Shown: positions 30,483-38,494 of the stretch, piece by piece
Layout: every line of letters begins with the position of its first letter
Position numbering within the stretch: the first letter of the stretch is position 1
From: Fimbriimonadia bacterium
Lineage (GTDB): Bacteria > Armatimonadota > Fimbriimonadia > Fimbriimonadales > JABRVX01
Direction: 5' to 3'
DNA length: 64,000 bases
NCBI GenBank assembly: GCA_041483895.1
Contig: JBGPGO010000015.1
Span: 29,028 to 93,027, forward strand
Translations under genes and position numbers: made by a program
The notes under the pieces: generated by a model
Seen by the model: the letters and a program-made list of their open reading frames with translations, nothing else
Told to the model about the DNA's origin: nothing
The model's database searches: none

Positions 30483-30791
30483 GTGGTCGCGAAAAAACTG
30501 ATCATCAGCCGTGATGCTCGGCGAGATTTGCTAGAGATTTACAAGTATCTTGAGATTAAGAGTGGAAATCCTTCGTCCGCATTTCGGGCGCTCCGGGCGA
30601 TCTATCGGGAATTGCAGCGTGTGGGCCGTTCGCCGGGTGTTGGCCATATCCGAGAAGATTTGACGAAGAAGCCTTGGAGGTTTTGGAGCAAATTCAGTTA
30701 TCTGATTGCGTACGAAGAGCAGGAAGCGAGCGTAACTGTCTTTCGCGTCCTTCACGCGGCGCGTGACCTACGCCGGTGGCTCGAGGGTTAA
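30483..30791 (+). CDS. ParE/RelE-family toxin
   Basis: ISRDARRDLLEIYKYL, PGVGHIREDL, YLIAY, FRVLHAARDL. Confidence 0.85.
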   Translation: MVAKKLIISRDARRDLLEIYKYLEIKSGNPSSAFRALRAIYRELQRVGRSPGVGHIREDLTKKPWRFWSKFSYLIAYEEQEASVTVFRVLHAARDLRRWLEG

Positions 30792-30800
30792 GGATTTCTT

Positions 30801-30823
30801 CCTTCACAGTCGCACTGTGAAGG
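30801..30823. repeat. Short palindromic repeat CCTTCACAGTCGCACTGTGAAGG (copy 1)
   Basis: Identical core at 33081 and 33911; variants at 33009 and 58833. Confidence 0.8.
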
Positions 30824-30834
30824 GAGCACTTTCC

Positions 30835-30894
30835 GTAGCCGTGGGTCGAGTTGGCAGTCGCTTTCAGCTGCCCATAGCCAAGACCCACGGTGAC
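30835..30894. repeat. GTAG-type REP-like inverted pair
   Basis: GTAGCCGTGGGTC ... GACCCACGGTGAC with an inner hairpin. Confidence 0.5.
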
Positions 30895-30913
30895 CGTGCT
30901 GCAGCGAGGGCCT

Positions 30914-32788
30914 CTATTCTAAGAAATACCGCACGTTTGTGACCACGACGTTGCGTCTTCCTCCAAGCGCAAACTTCAGTTGAAATGCTAAGTTCTCTTG
31001 GAGGAAGCGGTGATACCATTTCGAGGGCACCGCCTCAGGAACAATCACGGTGACGGTCTCGTCGGGAAACTCCGCCCGCATTTGGTCCACGTATTCGAGG
31101 ATCGGATCGATCAGTGATCGATAGGGCGAATCAAGGATGATGAGCGGCACTCCTGAAGCGAACAGATCCCACTCCTCCTTGATCTCAGGAACGGTCTTCG
31201 CATTGATCGAAACGTGGATCGCTCGGACCTCGTTGGTATGGAGACTGACGGCATAATCCAAGGCTTTTAGAACACCGCGGTGGATTCGCGGTACAAGAAC
31301 TAGGACAGAGTTGGTTGTTGCGATTCTCGAGGGTTGAAGATCGGCCCCAAGTTGCGTGGCAATGAAGTCGTAGCGGCCCTTAATTAGCCGAAAGCCGACA
31401 TAGAAGGCCAGCGTCAACACCGCGATCAGCCACGCGCCTTCGGAGAATTTCGTAACAAGAAGAACGATCGTCACGATCCCTGTGATGAGACCGCCAACGG
31501 TGTTAATTATCATACTAAAGCCGTGACCAGGCTCCCCGATCTTTCTCCAATGCGCCACCATGCCGGCTTGCGATAACGTAAATGCGGTAAACACCCCAAC
31601 CGCATAAAGTGGCAGCAGCTGATCCAGCTCACCATGGTATACCCAGACAAGAACTGCCGAAGCCAGCGCAAGAAGTAGGATTCCGTTTTGGAACACCAGC
31701 CGGTCACCCTGCCGGGCCAGCGAGCGCGGCAAGTAACCGTCGCGCGACAACAGGCTCGATAACCTCGGAAAATCCATGAAGCTTGTATTCGCCGCCAGAA
31801 TCAAGATTGCGGCCGTCGCGAACTGAACAAAATAAAAGAGTCCGCTGCCATGCCCAAAAGTCCAAGCCCCAATCTGAGCGACGAGCGTGGAATATGCGGG
31901 ATTCTTCGTTGCATACAGCTCGATGTGAGGCAAATGCAATGCGATATAGCCAAGACCCAAGAACAATACCGTCAAAATGGAAGCCATAATCAGAAGCGTG
32001 CGGGAGGCATTTCGAGCTTCCGGAGGCCGAAAGGCGGGAACACCATTGCTCACAGCTTCTATCCCCGTCAACGCGGTGCAGCCGGCCGCGAAGGAGCGCA
32101 AAATGATGAACAGCAAAGGAAAACTGGCCTCACTCCCAATTGCGCCGGGCTCCGCGACGATCGTCTGTGCTCCGCCGGGCGTGTGCGCAGCTTTATAAAC
32201 TCCAAAGGCCAAGAGCAGCAGCATCGCGACCAAGAACCCGTATGTCGGCAACGAAAACAGCGCTCCGGATTCTCGAACCCCCCGCAAATTCCCGAATGCG
32301 ATCACGGCGATACACATAACGCTGATTGGCACGAGTAAGTGATGGAGCGCCGGGTACGCCGACACGATCGCCGCGACGCCGGCCGCAACCGACACCGACA
32401 CCGTCAACACATAGTCGATCATCAGCGCGGCGCCGGCGATCAGACCCGGCGTTTCTCCCAAATTGCTGCTTGCAACAATGTAAGAGCCGCCGCCGCCTGG
32501 ATAGGCATAGATCGTTTGCTTGTAAGACCATGCCACGATCCCGATCAATAGAGCGATGGATAGGGACAGCCAAAACTGCAACCCGGCAAGGCTCGCCGAT
32601 GAGAGAACAAGGACGCTCAGGATCGCCTCGTTCGCGTAGGCGCTGGACGAGAGATTGTCGGAAGCGAATACCGGCAGGCCGGTCAGGATGCCGAGACGTT
32701 CGTGGTGGGCTTCGGCCGTGGGAATGGGCGCGCCAAAGAGGATACGCTTGAGTTGCCGAAAGGGAGAAACGCGGACCTCCACACCCAT
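30914..32788 (-). CDS. APC-family permease, KimA/YdaO-like K+ transporter
   Basis: SDNLSSSAYANE, AYPGGGGSY, NLRGVRESG, GCTALTGIEAVSNGVP, LYAVGVFTAFTLSQAGMV, SPYRSL cytoplasmic domain. Confidence 0.88.
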   Translation of the reverse strand: MGVEVRVSPFRQLKRILFGAPIPTAEAHHERLGILTGLPVFASDNLSSSAYANEAILSVLVLSSASLAGLQFWLSLSIALLIGIVAWSYKQTIYAYPGGGGSYIVASSNLGETPGLIAGAALMIDYVLTVSVSVAAGVAAIVSAYPALHHLLVPISVMCIAVIAFGNLRGVRESGALFSLPTYGFLVAMLLLLAFGVYKAAHTPGGAQTIVAEPGAIGSEASFPLLFIILRSFAAGCTALTGIEAVSNGVPAFRPPEARNASRTLLIMASILTVLFLGLGYIALHLPHIELYATKNPAYSTLVAQIGAWTFGHGSGLFYFVQFATAAILILAANTSFMDFPRLSSLLSRDGYLPRSLARQGDRLVFQNGILLLALASAVLVWVYHGELDQLLPLYAVGVFTAFTLSQAGMVAHWRKIGEPGHGFSMIINTVGGLITGIVTIVLLVTKFSEGAWLIAVLTLAFYVGFRLIKGRYDFIATQLGADLQPSRIATTNSVLVLVPRIHRGVLKALDYAVSLHTNEVRAIHVSINAKTVPEIKEEWDLFASGVPLIILDSPYRSLIDPILEYVDQMRAEFPDETVTVIVPEAVPSKWYHRFLQENLAFQLKFALGGRRNVVVTNVRYFLE

Positions 32789-32903
32789 GAAACAACCCCT
32801 TCCGTTACCTAGATGGTGTGCCGGCGCTTGACTGCGGTAAGGCAGTTCGAACGCCTTTGTTGGTTGTCAGCCGTTGGGCCGCGACCAGAAAAGTATCGGA
32901 AGC

Positions 32904-32956
32904 ATCGTACCAGCCACCCGAGCCGGCATTGGGCGATCTTTATGAAATCTTAATGC
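32904..32956 (-). promoter_or_regulatory. Putative OmpR/KdpE-type direct-repeat box plus a -10 element for the K+ transporter
   Basis: Minus strand GCATTAAGATTTCATAAAGAT (11-bp period) followed about 27 nt later by TACGAT. Confidence 0.4.
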
Positions 32957-33080
32957 CCTATGCGGAGCGCCGGCACGGGGAGCGCTGGCATCCTGCCGGC
33001 ATTGATCTCCCTGCACAATCCCCAATGTGAAGGACTTCGCAGCAGGTTGCCGGCGTGGGTCCCGACGAAGGGTCCAAATA

Positions 33081-33103
33081 CCTTCACAGTCGCACTGTGA
33101 AGG
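33081..33103. repeat. Short palindromic repeat (copy 2)
   Basis: CCTTCACAGTCGCACTGTGAAGG. Confidence 0.8.
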
Positions 33104-33109
33104 CATTCC

Positions 33110-33880
33110 CTACCCCAACGGCTCATCCGAAACGATCAAGAAGTCGTACTTCGTACGAAGCATATCGGCCTCGCCGTCGAGTACACGTTTCACTGCCCAA
33201 CCGGTAACGAAGTTCAGCGCCCCATTCTTGTCAATCGCCGGGCCCCACTCGTGCCCGACCCATTTCAGGCCCTTGTCCCGAATAGCTATCTCGCCGATCA
33301 GCGCGCCCATTCCGGCAATCAAGAAGTCACGCATGCCCGAAGGCTCCTTCTTGATCCGCTTGGCCATACCGTCCAAAGCATCGATGGAGATGGGCCGATA
33401 ATCGACCAGTACACCATATCGATCCTTGGCATATTCGATGAACAGCTCGGCCTGGAATGCCATCCAGTCTGGGAGTGGGGCGCCGGGATTGGTGATGGTG
33501 GAATAATATTGTAACTGAAGGCACTCCTCCATCCCGCCATGCAGCCGGGTCGCCGCTGAGGTGATAGGTTCGAGAGAAGCGGAACCTCGTCCCTCTTCCG
33601 ATCGAACTTCGTGCTCGCCGACCCAGCCCCAGCCGTGGGTGTGCACATAAATCTCGCCATGAATCTGCCCAAGCGTGCCGATCATGGCGTGTCTCGGATC
33701 GTCTGGTAATTCGCCCCCCGTTCCCAAGACATCGTCGATCTTCTTAATAGACGCAGGACTCAGGTCCAACGGGACCTTGTACTGCTCCTTTGCGTAGGCG
33801 ATGTTGAACAGCACCGGGTCCTCCGGCATCTTCGCACCCTGCCCATTGCCTCCAAACAACCGCTGCAACTTGTCCCACAT
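33110..33880 (-). CDS. Hypothetical protein with an internally duplicated domain
   Basis: IAYAKEQYKVPLDLSPASIKKIDD and IEYAKDRYGVLVDYRPISIDALDG, each followed by G...GE..V/I.....W.GxH. Confidence 0.7.
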   Translation of the reverse strand: MWDKLQRLFGGNGQGAKMPEDPVLFNIAYAKEQYKVPLDLSPASIKKIDDVLGTGGELPDDPRHAMIGTLGQIHGEIYVHTHGWGWVGEHEVRSEEGRGSASLEPITSAATRLHGGMEECLQLQYYSTITNPGAPLPDWMAFQAELFIEYAKDRYGVLVDYRPISIDALDGMAKRIKKEPSGMRDFLIAGMGALIGEIAIRDKGLKWVGHEWGPAIDKNGALNFVTGWAVKRVLDGEADMLRTKYDFLIVSDEPLG

Positions 33881-33910
33881 AGGCTGCTTATACCCTGGAA
33901 TTGTTTTCCA

Positions 33911-33931
33911 TTCACAGTCGCACTGTGAAGG
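33911..33931. repeat. Short palindromic repeat (copy 3)
   Basis: TTCACAGTCGCACTGTGAAGG. Confidence 0.8.
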
Positions 33932-33940
33932 GCGATCGCG

Positions 33941-34190
33941 CTATCTTTTCGCGCGACGGAGGGCGGTGCGGAGGGCGCGGATTTCGTCCCGGAAGGCGCG
34001 GGATTGCTCACCGCGGATGTCTAGGTTCTCCAATACCTCCTCGCAAGCGTCCCGCAGATCGCCTGCTGCCGAATAACCTCGCCAACCTCTCCGTGGCCTC
34101 GACGCTCCCCTGGTCCACCACCTCGCATATCCCCGGGATGACAAACGTTCCATTCGCCAACTTCTCGGCCGCCGGCCAACTCGACGCAAG
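33941..34190 (-). pseudogene. Frameshifted remnant of a small phage-like gene
   Basis: ...EATERLARLF in one frame continues as AAGDLRDACEEVLE... in another; resembles the phage-type ARLIAAAPDLLEA motif. Confidence 0.35.
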
Positions 34191-34328
34191 AAGAAAGATA
34201 TATGTTTGCTTGAACGCATATCTCATTTCTGCGATCAAATTCAAAGGTGGATTTTGTGAGCTATCCTGCCACCAATTTAGAACCACTTGTTAACTCTTTT
34301 TTCGATATAGAGTAAAAAACACGTAAGT

Positions 34329-34360
34329 ATACCAGTACAACAATCGAATAGTACTGGTAT
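34329..34360. promoter_or_regulatory. Perfect 10-bp inverted repeat, candidate operator
   Basis: ATACCAGTAC-N12-GTACTGGTAT in the AT-rich region upstream of the GHKL gene. Confidence 0.55.
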
Positions 34361-34570
34361 TATTCTGAGAAGCCCATTTCTAGGGCAAACTGAAGAGAGG
34401 AAACCCCGGCGCTGGGCGCCAGGGCTCCTCAGGTTTTGAAAGAACAACTCATTATACAGCCTGAGAGCTCGTCCAGTGCCGGGTAAGCAATAAAAATCAT
34501 GTTAGAGACGAAACAAGAAAACAACACAGAAGTTATCCGGTCGGGTCAGGTGGGAAGGAATAGGGACGAC

Positions 34571-36700
34571 ATGACAACAGGCAGGATTGCAGCACCAGTA
34601 GGTTCGATTTGGGCGTACCCGCGAAAGAGCGCCTTTCGAAAATTAGCGGATCAATTCCAATTGAGAACTGGGATTACAGAATTGGTCGATAACGTCGTGG
34701 ACAATTTCCATCGGTGCAGCCAGTTCGGCAATCATTCGCCCTCAGAGCTGCGAATTGATATTCGCATCTCGCCAGAGCGGGTCGAAATATTCGACAACTC
34801 AGGTGGCGTGCAGCCAGAAGAGCTTGGGAACCTTGTGACGCTGGGCGCGGCAAGCGAAACGCCGAACCGCATTGGAGTTTGGAGTATGGGCTTTAAGATG
34901 GCCACGCTCGGAATCGGCTGGACCACAGAGGTCACTTCGACTCCATACAACGGCGCCGACTACTATATCGACGTGCCAGATTCGAAAACGAAGCGGGGGA
35001 TTCCGTCAGTTCGGATCGCTCTCAACCGGACTTGGTGGTTGGATGAGAAGGACTGGGAAGTACCCATCGGCCTGCCTTCTGACCCACCTTCGCGCGGCGT
35101 AACGAGGATTGAAATCACTGAACTGCGGGAAGACTTGGATCCAGTAACTATTGACGCCCTAGTGGAGGAAGTTACCAGTGATCTCGGAAGCTACTTTGGC
35201 GACATCGCTGCAGCGCAGGCTACTCCCTTTCGGATATTTGTGAATGATATTGAGGTGAAGTTCACAGAGCGCCTTTCTGGTGCAGCCATCCGCGGGACGT
35301 TTGCTTCCGGTTCCGAATGGGGTCCAGGACGACATGTGTTTAGCTTCGTAAAGCGCGGTGATGATGGCCGTTCGCGGACTCTGGATATGGAGGTTATTGC
35401 AGGCATTCAGCCGACTGCGACGGCAGAAAACCACGGCGCATTTCTATTCGGAGATCCGGGAGCGGGTCCGAGATATTTCGTCCGGCTTGACGACCTTCGG
35501 AGGCACGGATTTACTGATCGCGTCACCTCCCAGGAGTTTCGCCGGGTAAGGCTACTGGTGACTTTCAAAGGTGACGCCGATTTGATACCTTGGACGAATC
35601 CAATCAAGAATGGGTATCGGGAAGACCATCCATTGAGAAGGCAGGTTCAAGACGCATTGCGGCAGGTGATTGCACCGCTGGAAGACCTTTGCCGAGAGCA
35701 CTACGAATTCGATACGCTCCCATTCTCTTCAACCTGGGACGATCTCAGCCTCGTCGATCGGGTAAGCCGGATCGTCAGGCCGCTAGCTCTAAGTGAAGAT
35801 GACGCGAACGACCCAGATTTGAACCAAGGGTTGATTGACGTCATCGCACGCAATTGGATGTCCGACGGCGATTGGCAATCACCATTGTGGGATCACCAAG
35901 TTGACAAGTTGCCGCCAACCAAACGGCCTTTCTGGGATGGAGATTCTGCGAATGAAGCGAAGCTCAAACGGGCCAATCGCAACAAGATTCTCCGAAGGAA
36001 CTCGGGCCTCAATCAATACAGGTTGCTTTTAGCCTGGTTCAATGGCGACGATTTGCTTCCCGTCGAAAAAGAACTGATCTCCGGCCAAATGCAACCATGG
36101 TCGAATCTGGGTCAAATGGAAGAAGAAAGGCAGGGTGGGGACATAGCTGCCTCCACTTCCCAAGGAGCAAGACCAAGGGAGGAGCTTGCAGAACCTGCCC
36201 CAACGCAACCTACTGAAATGCAACAGTCGGTCATTCAGGTGTGCGCGCCCATGCCCGAGAAGCTCGTTTATGAGGTCGAACAACTGACTAGTTCAGTAAA
36301 CAGAGCAGAGGCAGTGCGCGTTGCGTTGGCGGCGTTCGTGCTTTGGCACAGGGAGCGGGCTGGAAACAGCCAGACGCCGGTCGAGTTGCCGCAGGATCCC
36401 CTCAGAACCCGCAGGGGAAGGCCGCGAAAGTCTCTGGACGAATTCGACCAGCCGTCTCATACACCTGGATCGCCCTTGGCGGCGCAAAATGACATCAGCC
36501 CGGAGGAGATAGGGGCGAACTTGCAACTATTAACTCCGCGTGAGCGCGAGGTGCTGAAGTTGCGCATGGGGATCAACGACCGTCGAAAACGAACGTTGAA
36601 GGAAGTCGGGTACGAACTAAAAATAACCCCCGAGCGCGTCCGCCAAATTGAGCTCCGCGCGTTGAGAAATCTGCGCGCCCGTTTGACGCCGGAGAACTGA
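34571..36700 (+). CDS. GHKL/MORC-type ATPase fused to RHH-like, AT-hook and sigma70 region-4 HTH domains
   Basis: ELVDNVVD, IFDNSGG, IGVWSMGFK, GVTRIEI (GHKL boxes); VIQVCAPMPEKLVYEVEQL..NRAEAVRVAL (RHH-like); RRGRPRK; LTPREREVLKLRMG...TLKEVG..LKITPERVRQIELRALRNLR (sigma region 4). Alternative start 34499. Confidence 0.8.
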   Translation: MTTGRIAAPVGSIWAYPRKSAFRKLADQFQLRTGITELVDNVVDNFHRCSQFGNHSPSELRIDIRISPERVEIFDNSGGVQPEELGNLVTLGAASETPNRIGVWSMGFKMATLGIGWTTEVTSTPYNGADYYIDVPDSKTKRGIPSVRIALNRTWWLDEKDWEVPIGLPSDPPSRGVTRIEITELREDLDPVTIDALVEEVTSDLGSYFGDIAAAQATPFRIFVNDIEVKFTERLSGAAIRGTFASGSEWGPGRHVFSFVKRGDDGRSRTLDMEVIAGIQPTATAENHGAFLFGDPGAGPRYFVRLDDLRRHGFTDRVTSQEFRRVRLLVTFKGDADLIPWTNPIKNGYREDHPLRRQVQDALRQVIAPLEDLCREHYEFDTLPFSSTWDDLSLVDRVSRIVRPLALSEDDANDPDLNQGLIDVIARNWMSDGDWQSPLWDHQVDKLPPTKRPFWDGDSANEAKLKRANRNKILRRNSGLNQYRLLLAWFNGDDLLPVEKELISGQMQPWSNLGQMEEERQGGDIAASTSQGARPREELAEPAPTQPTEMQQSVIQVCAPMPEKLVYEVEQLTSSVNRAEAVRVALAAFVLWHRERAGNSQTPVELPQDPLRTRRGRPRKSLDEFDQPSHTPGSPLAAQNDISPEEIGANLQLLTPREREVLKLRMGINDRRKRTLKEVGYELKITPERVRQIELRALRNLRARLTPEN

Positions 36701-36779
36701 TAAGCGAATATCAATAGGTTCGTTATTAACGTCGCGGCAACAGGATGCAATGACTTGTTGCCGCGACCTAACGTCCCAG

Positions 36780-37391
36780 CTATACCTCGACACCAATCAA
36801 CACTAACGGCACGGCTGGCACACCGCGGCCCTGTCGGACGACGTTGTAAAGCTCGCCCTCATAGTAGGCAATGCCGGAGCTCATTTGCTTCGAGAGAGAC
36901 TTCATTGGAACCAATTCGATTCCCACATCGACCTGGTCGCCAACGTAGAACGCGAGGTGCTTAACGAAAATGTCATACGCCACGAACGAGTACTTGCCGA
37001 ATTGGACTTCTAGGGCGACGCGATCTCTTACGAAATCAGTTTGGTTATAGCTAAAGATCGGTTCGTAGCCAGCCGCCTCAATTTCGGCCTTTTGCTCCTC
37101 AGCGCTCATAGTCATAGTCTTTCTGATCAGCCTTTGGTCTCTTGTAACCCAATAGTTAACACGGCTTTCGGACCATCCGCGCACTCTCAGCAATTCGGCA
37201 AATGCCTTATTGAGGTCGATAGGCGAAAACAGTTTACGGCCGGGCATTGTCTTTTCTTTGGAAATTTTCGTCCGACACTTGTCTGCGTCAACGAGGTCGA
37301 TGACATCTCTGATCTCTTGATAAAGGGCCGGTTTATGGACCATGAGAAATTCGACCCCGTTGAGGTGGGAATAGACCTCGGCGATCTTCAA
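36780..37391 (-). CDS. Type II restriction endonuclease, BglII/BstYI family
   Basis: 203 aa; YSHLNG, NQTDFVRDRVALEVQFGKYSFVAYD (D..EVQ catalytic motif), RQGRGVPAVPLVLIG; closely resembles BstYI as I recall it. Confidence 0.88.
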   Translation of the reverse strand: MKIAEVYSHLNGVEFLMVHKPALYQEIRDVIDLVDADKCRTKISKEKTMPGRKLFSPIDLNKAFAELLRVRGWSESRVNYWVTRDQRLIRKTMTMSAEEQKAEIEAAGYEPIFSYNQTDFVRDRVALEVQFGKYSFVAYDIFVKHLAFYVGDQVDVGIELVPMKSLSKQMSSGIAYYEGELYNVVRQGRGVPAVPLVLIGVEV

Positions 37392-38338
37392 TCCGCAGCC
37401 TCTGGGCTAAGTCCAAATGCGGTTTGGCCATTCGTCTCCCACGGGTTTCTCGCCAGTTTGCTATTCGAGCCAGTAGGATCGTAAACCGGTCTACCCATTG
37501 GACGAGTCCGAAGGTTTCCTGCCAACTCCAAGTTGATTCGCTCCCTAGCGATCTCTATGTACTTAGAATGGATCTCACTTCCGGCCCCCAGACGTCCGTG
37601 CCGCACTGCGGCAATTATGCTCGTACCTGTCCCAAGGAACGGATCGTATACCCAATCGTCCTCATTCGTCATAGAGAGGACAAGCCGCTCGATAAGCTCC
37701 ACCGGAAATTGGCACGGATGCACCGTTTTCTCAACATGATTGTTCTTGACGTTCGGGATTACCCAAAGGTCGCCAGGGTTCTTACCGAGCGGGTTTCCGG
37801 AGTATTCACCTGCACGGGGTCCCTTAAAATGCTTCTTGCCGGGGTACTTCTGGGGTACACGGACGCCATCCAAATTGAACACGTAATTGTCCGACTTCGT
37901 GAACCAGATTATCGTTTCATACCTACCGGAAAACCTTTTACTGCAATGAAGCCCATGTTCGAAGTGCCAGATGATTCGATTACGCATCTTCAGTCCAAGA
38001 TCGGCGAAAATCGGATAGAGGATGGTGTCGAGTGGAATGATTTGTCTACCGTCAACGTAGTTGCCCACTTGCCAGCAGATGCTTCCAGTTGATTTCAACG
38101 CGCGGACGCACTCGCGAATCACAGCCGCCTGTTGCTCGACGTACTGATCCAATTTGAGCCTCTTCTCGTATTCCTTGCCGAGGTTGTAAGGCGGTGAGGT
38201 CACGACGAGTTGCAACGTCCCGTTTGGCACGGTCTTAAGAAACTGGAGACAGTCGCCATCGTTCACAATGATTCGTGCGTCCAGCGCAAACCTTGTCGCA
38301 ATTCGAGTCCTTTTGCTTCCAATTAGGGCCATTGTCAT
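37388..38338 (-). CDS. Cognate DNA methyltransferase, N6/N4 beta class (probably m4C)
   Basis: VTSPPYN catalytic motif before HPCQFP and DPFLGTGTS; 4-nt overlap with the REase start; alternative start 38398. Confidence 0.9.
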   Translation of the reverse strand: MTMALIGSKRTRIATRFALDARIIVNDGDCLQFLKTVPNGTLQLVVTSPPYNLGKEYEKRLKLDQYVEQQAAVIRECVRALKSTGSICWQVGNYVDGRQIIPLDTILYPIFADLGLKMRNRIIWHFEHGLHCSKRFSGRYETIIWFTKSDNYVFNLDGVRVPQKYPGKKHFKGPRAGEYSGNPLGKNPGDLWVIPNVKNNHVEKTVHPCQFPVELIERLVLSMTNEDDWVYDPFLGTGTSIIAAVRHGRLGAGSEIHSKYIEIARERINLELAGNLRTRPMGRPVYDPTGSNSKLARNPWETNGQTAFGLSPEAAD

Positions 38339-38494
38339 GTGCAATTTTACTCCCTTCACGCATCTTCCTGTGTGGGGTGTGGAAAAGTCCTGTGACACAT
38401 GACTCGCGCCGAAGTTCGTTTTGTGACAAAAAAGTCGTCGCCGCAGCCGTTGGGGTTGGTTCTCGGAGATTGGAATTGCCGGTCGGGGCTGCGG

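Noticed and set aside
32790..33030. c-di-AMP (ydaO) riboswitch upstream of the KimA-like gene
   Set aside because: I could not identify the conserved riboswitch motifs by eye; needs an Rfam scan
30801..33931. Palindrome copies as CRISPR repeats
   Set aside because: Copies are 0.8-2.3 kb apart with whole genes between them
36500..36700. Stand-alone RpoD-like sigma factor
   Set aside because: Only region 4 is present, in-frame with the GHKL protein; no region 2 motif or separate start is visible
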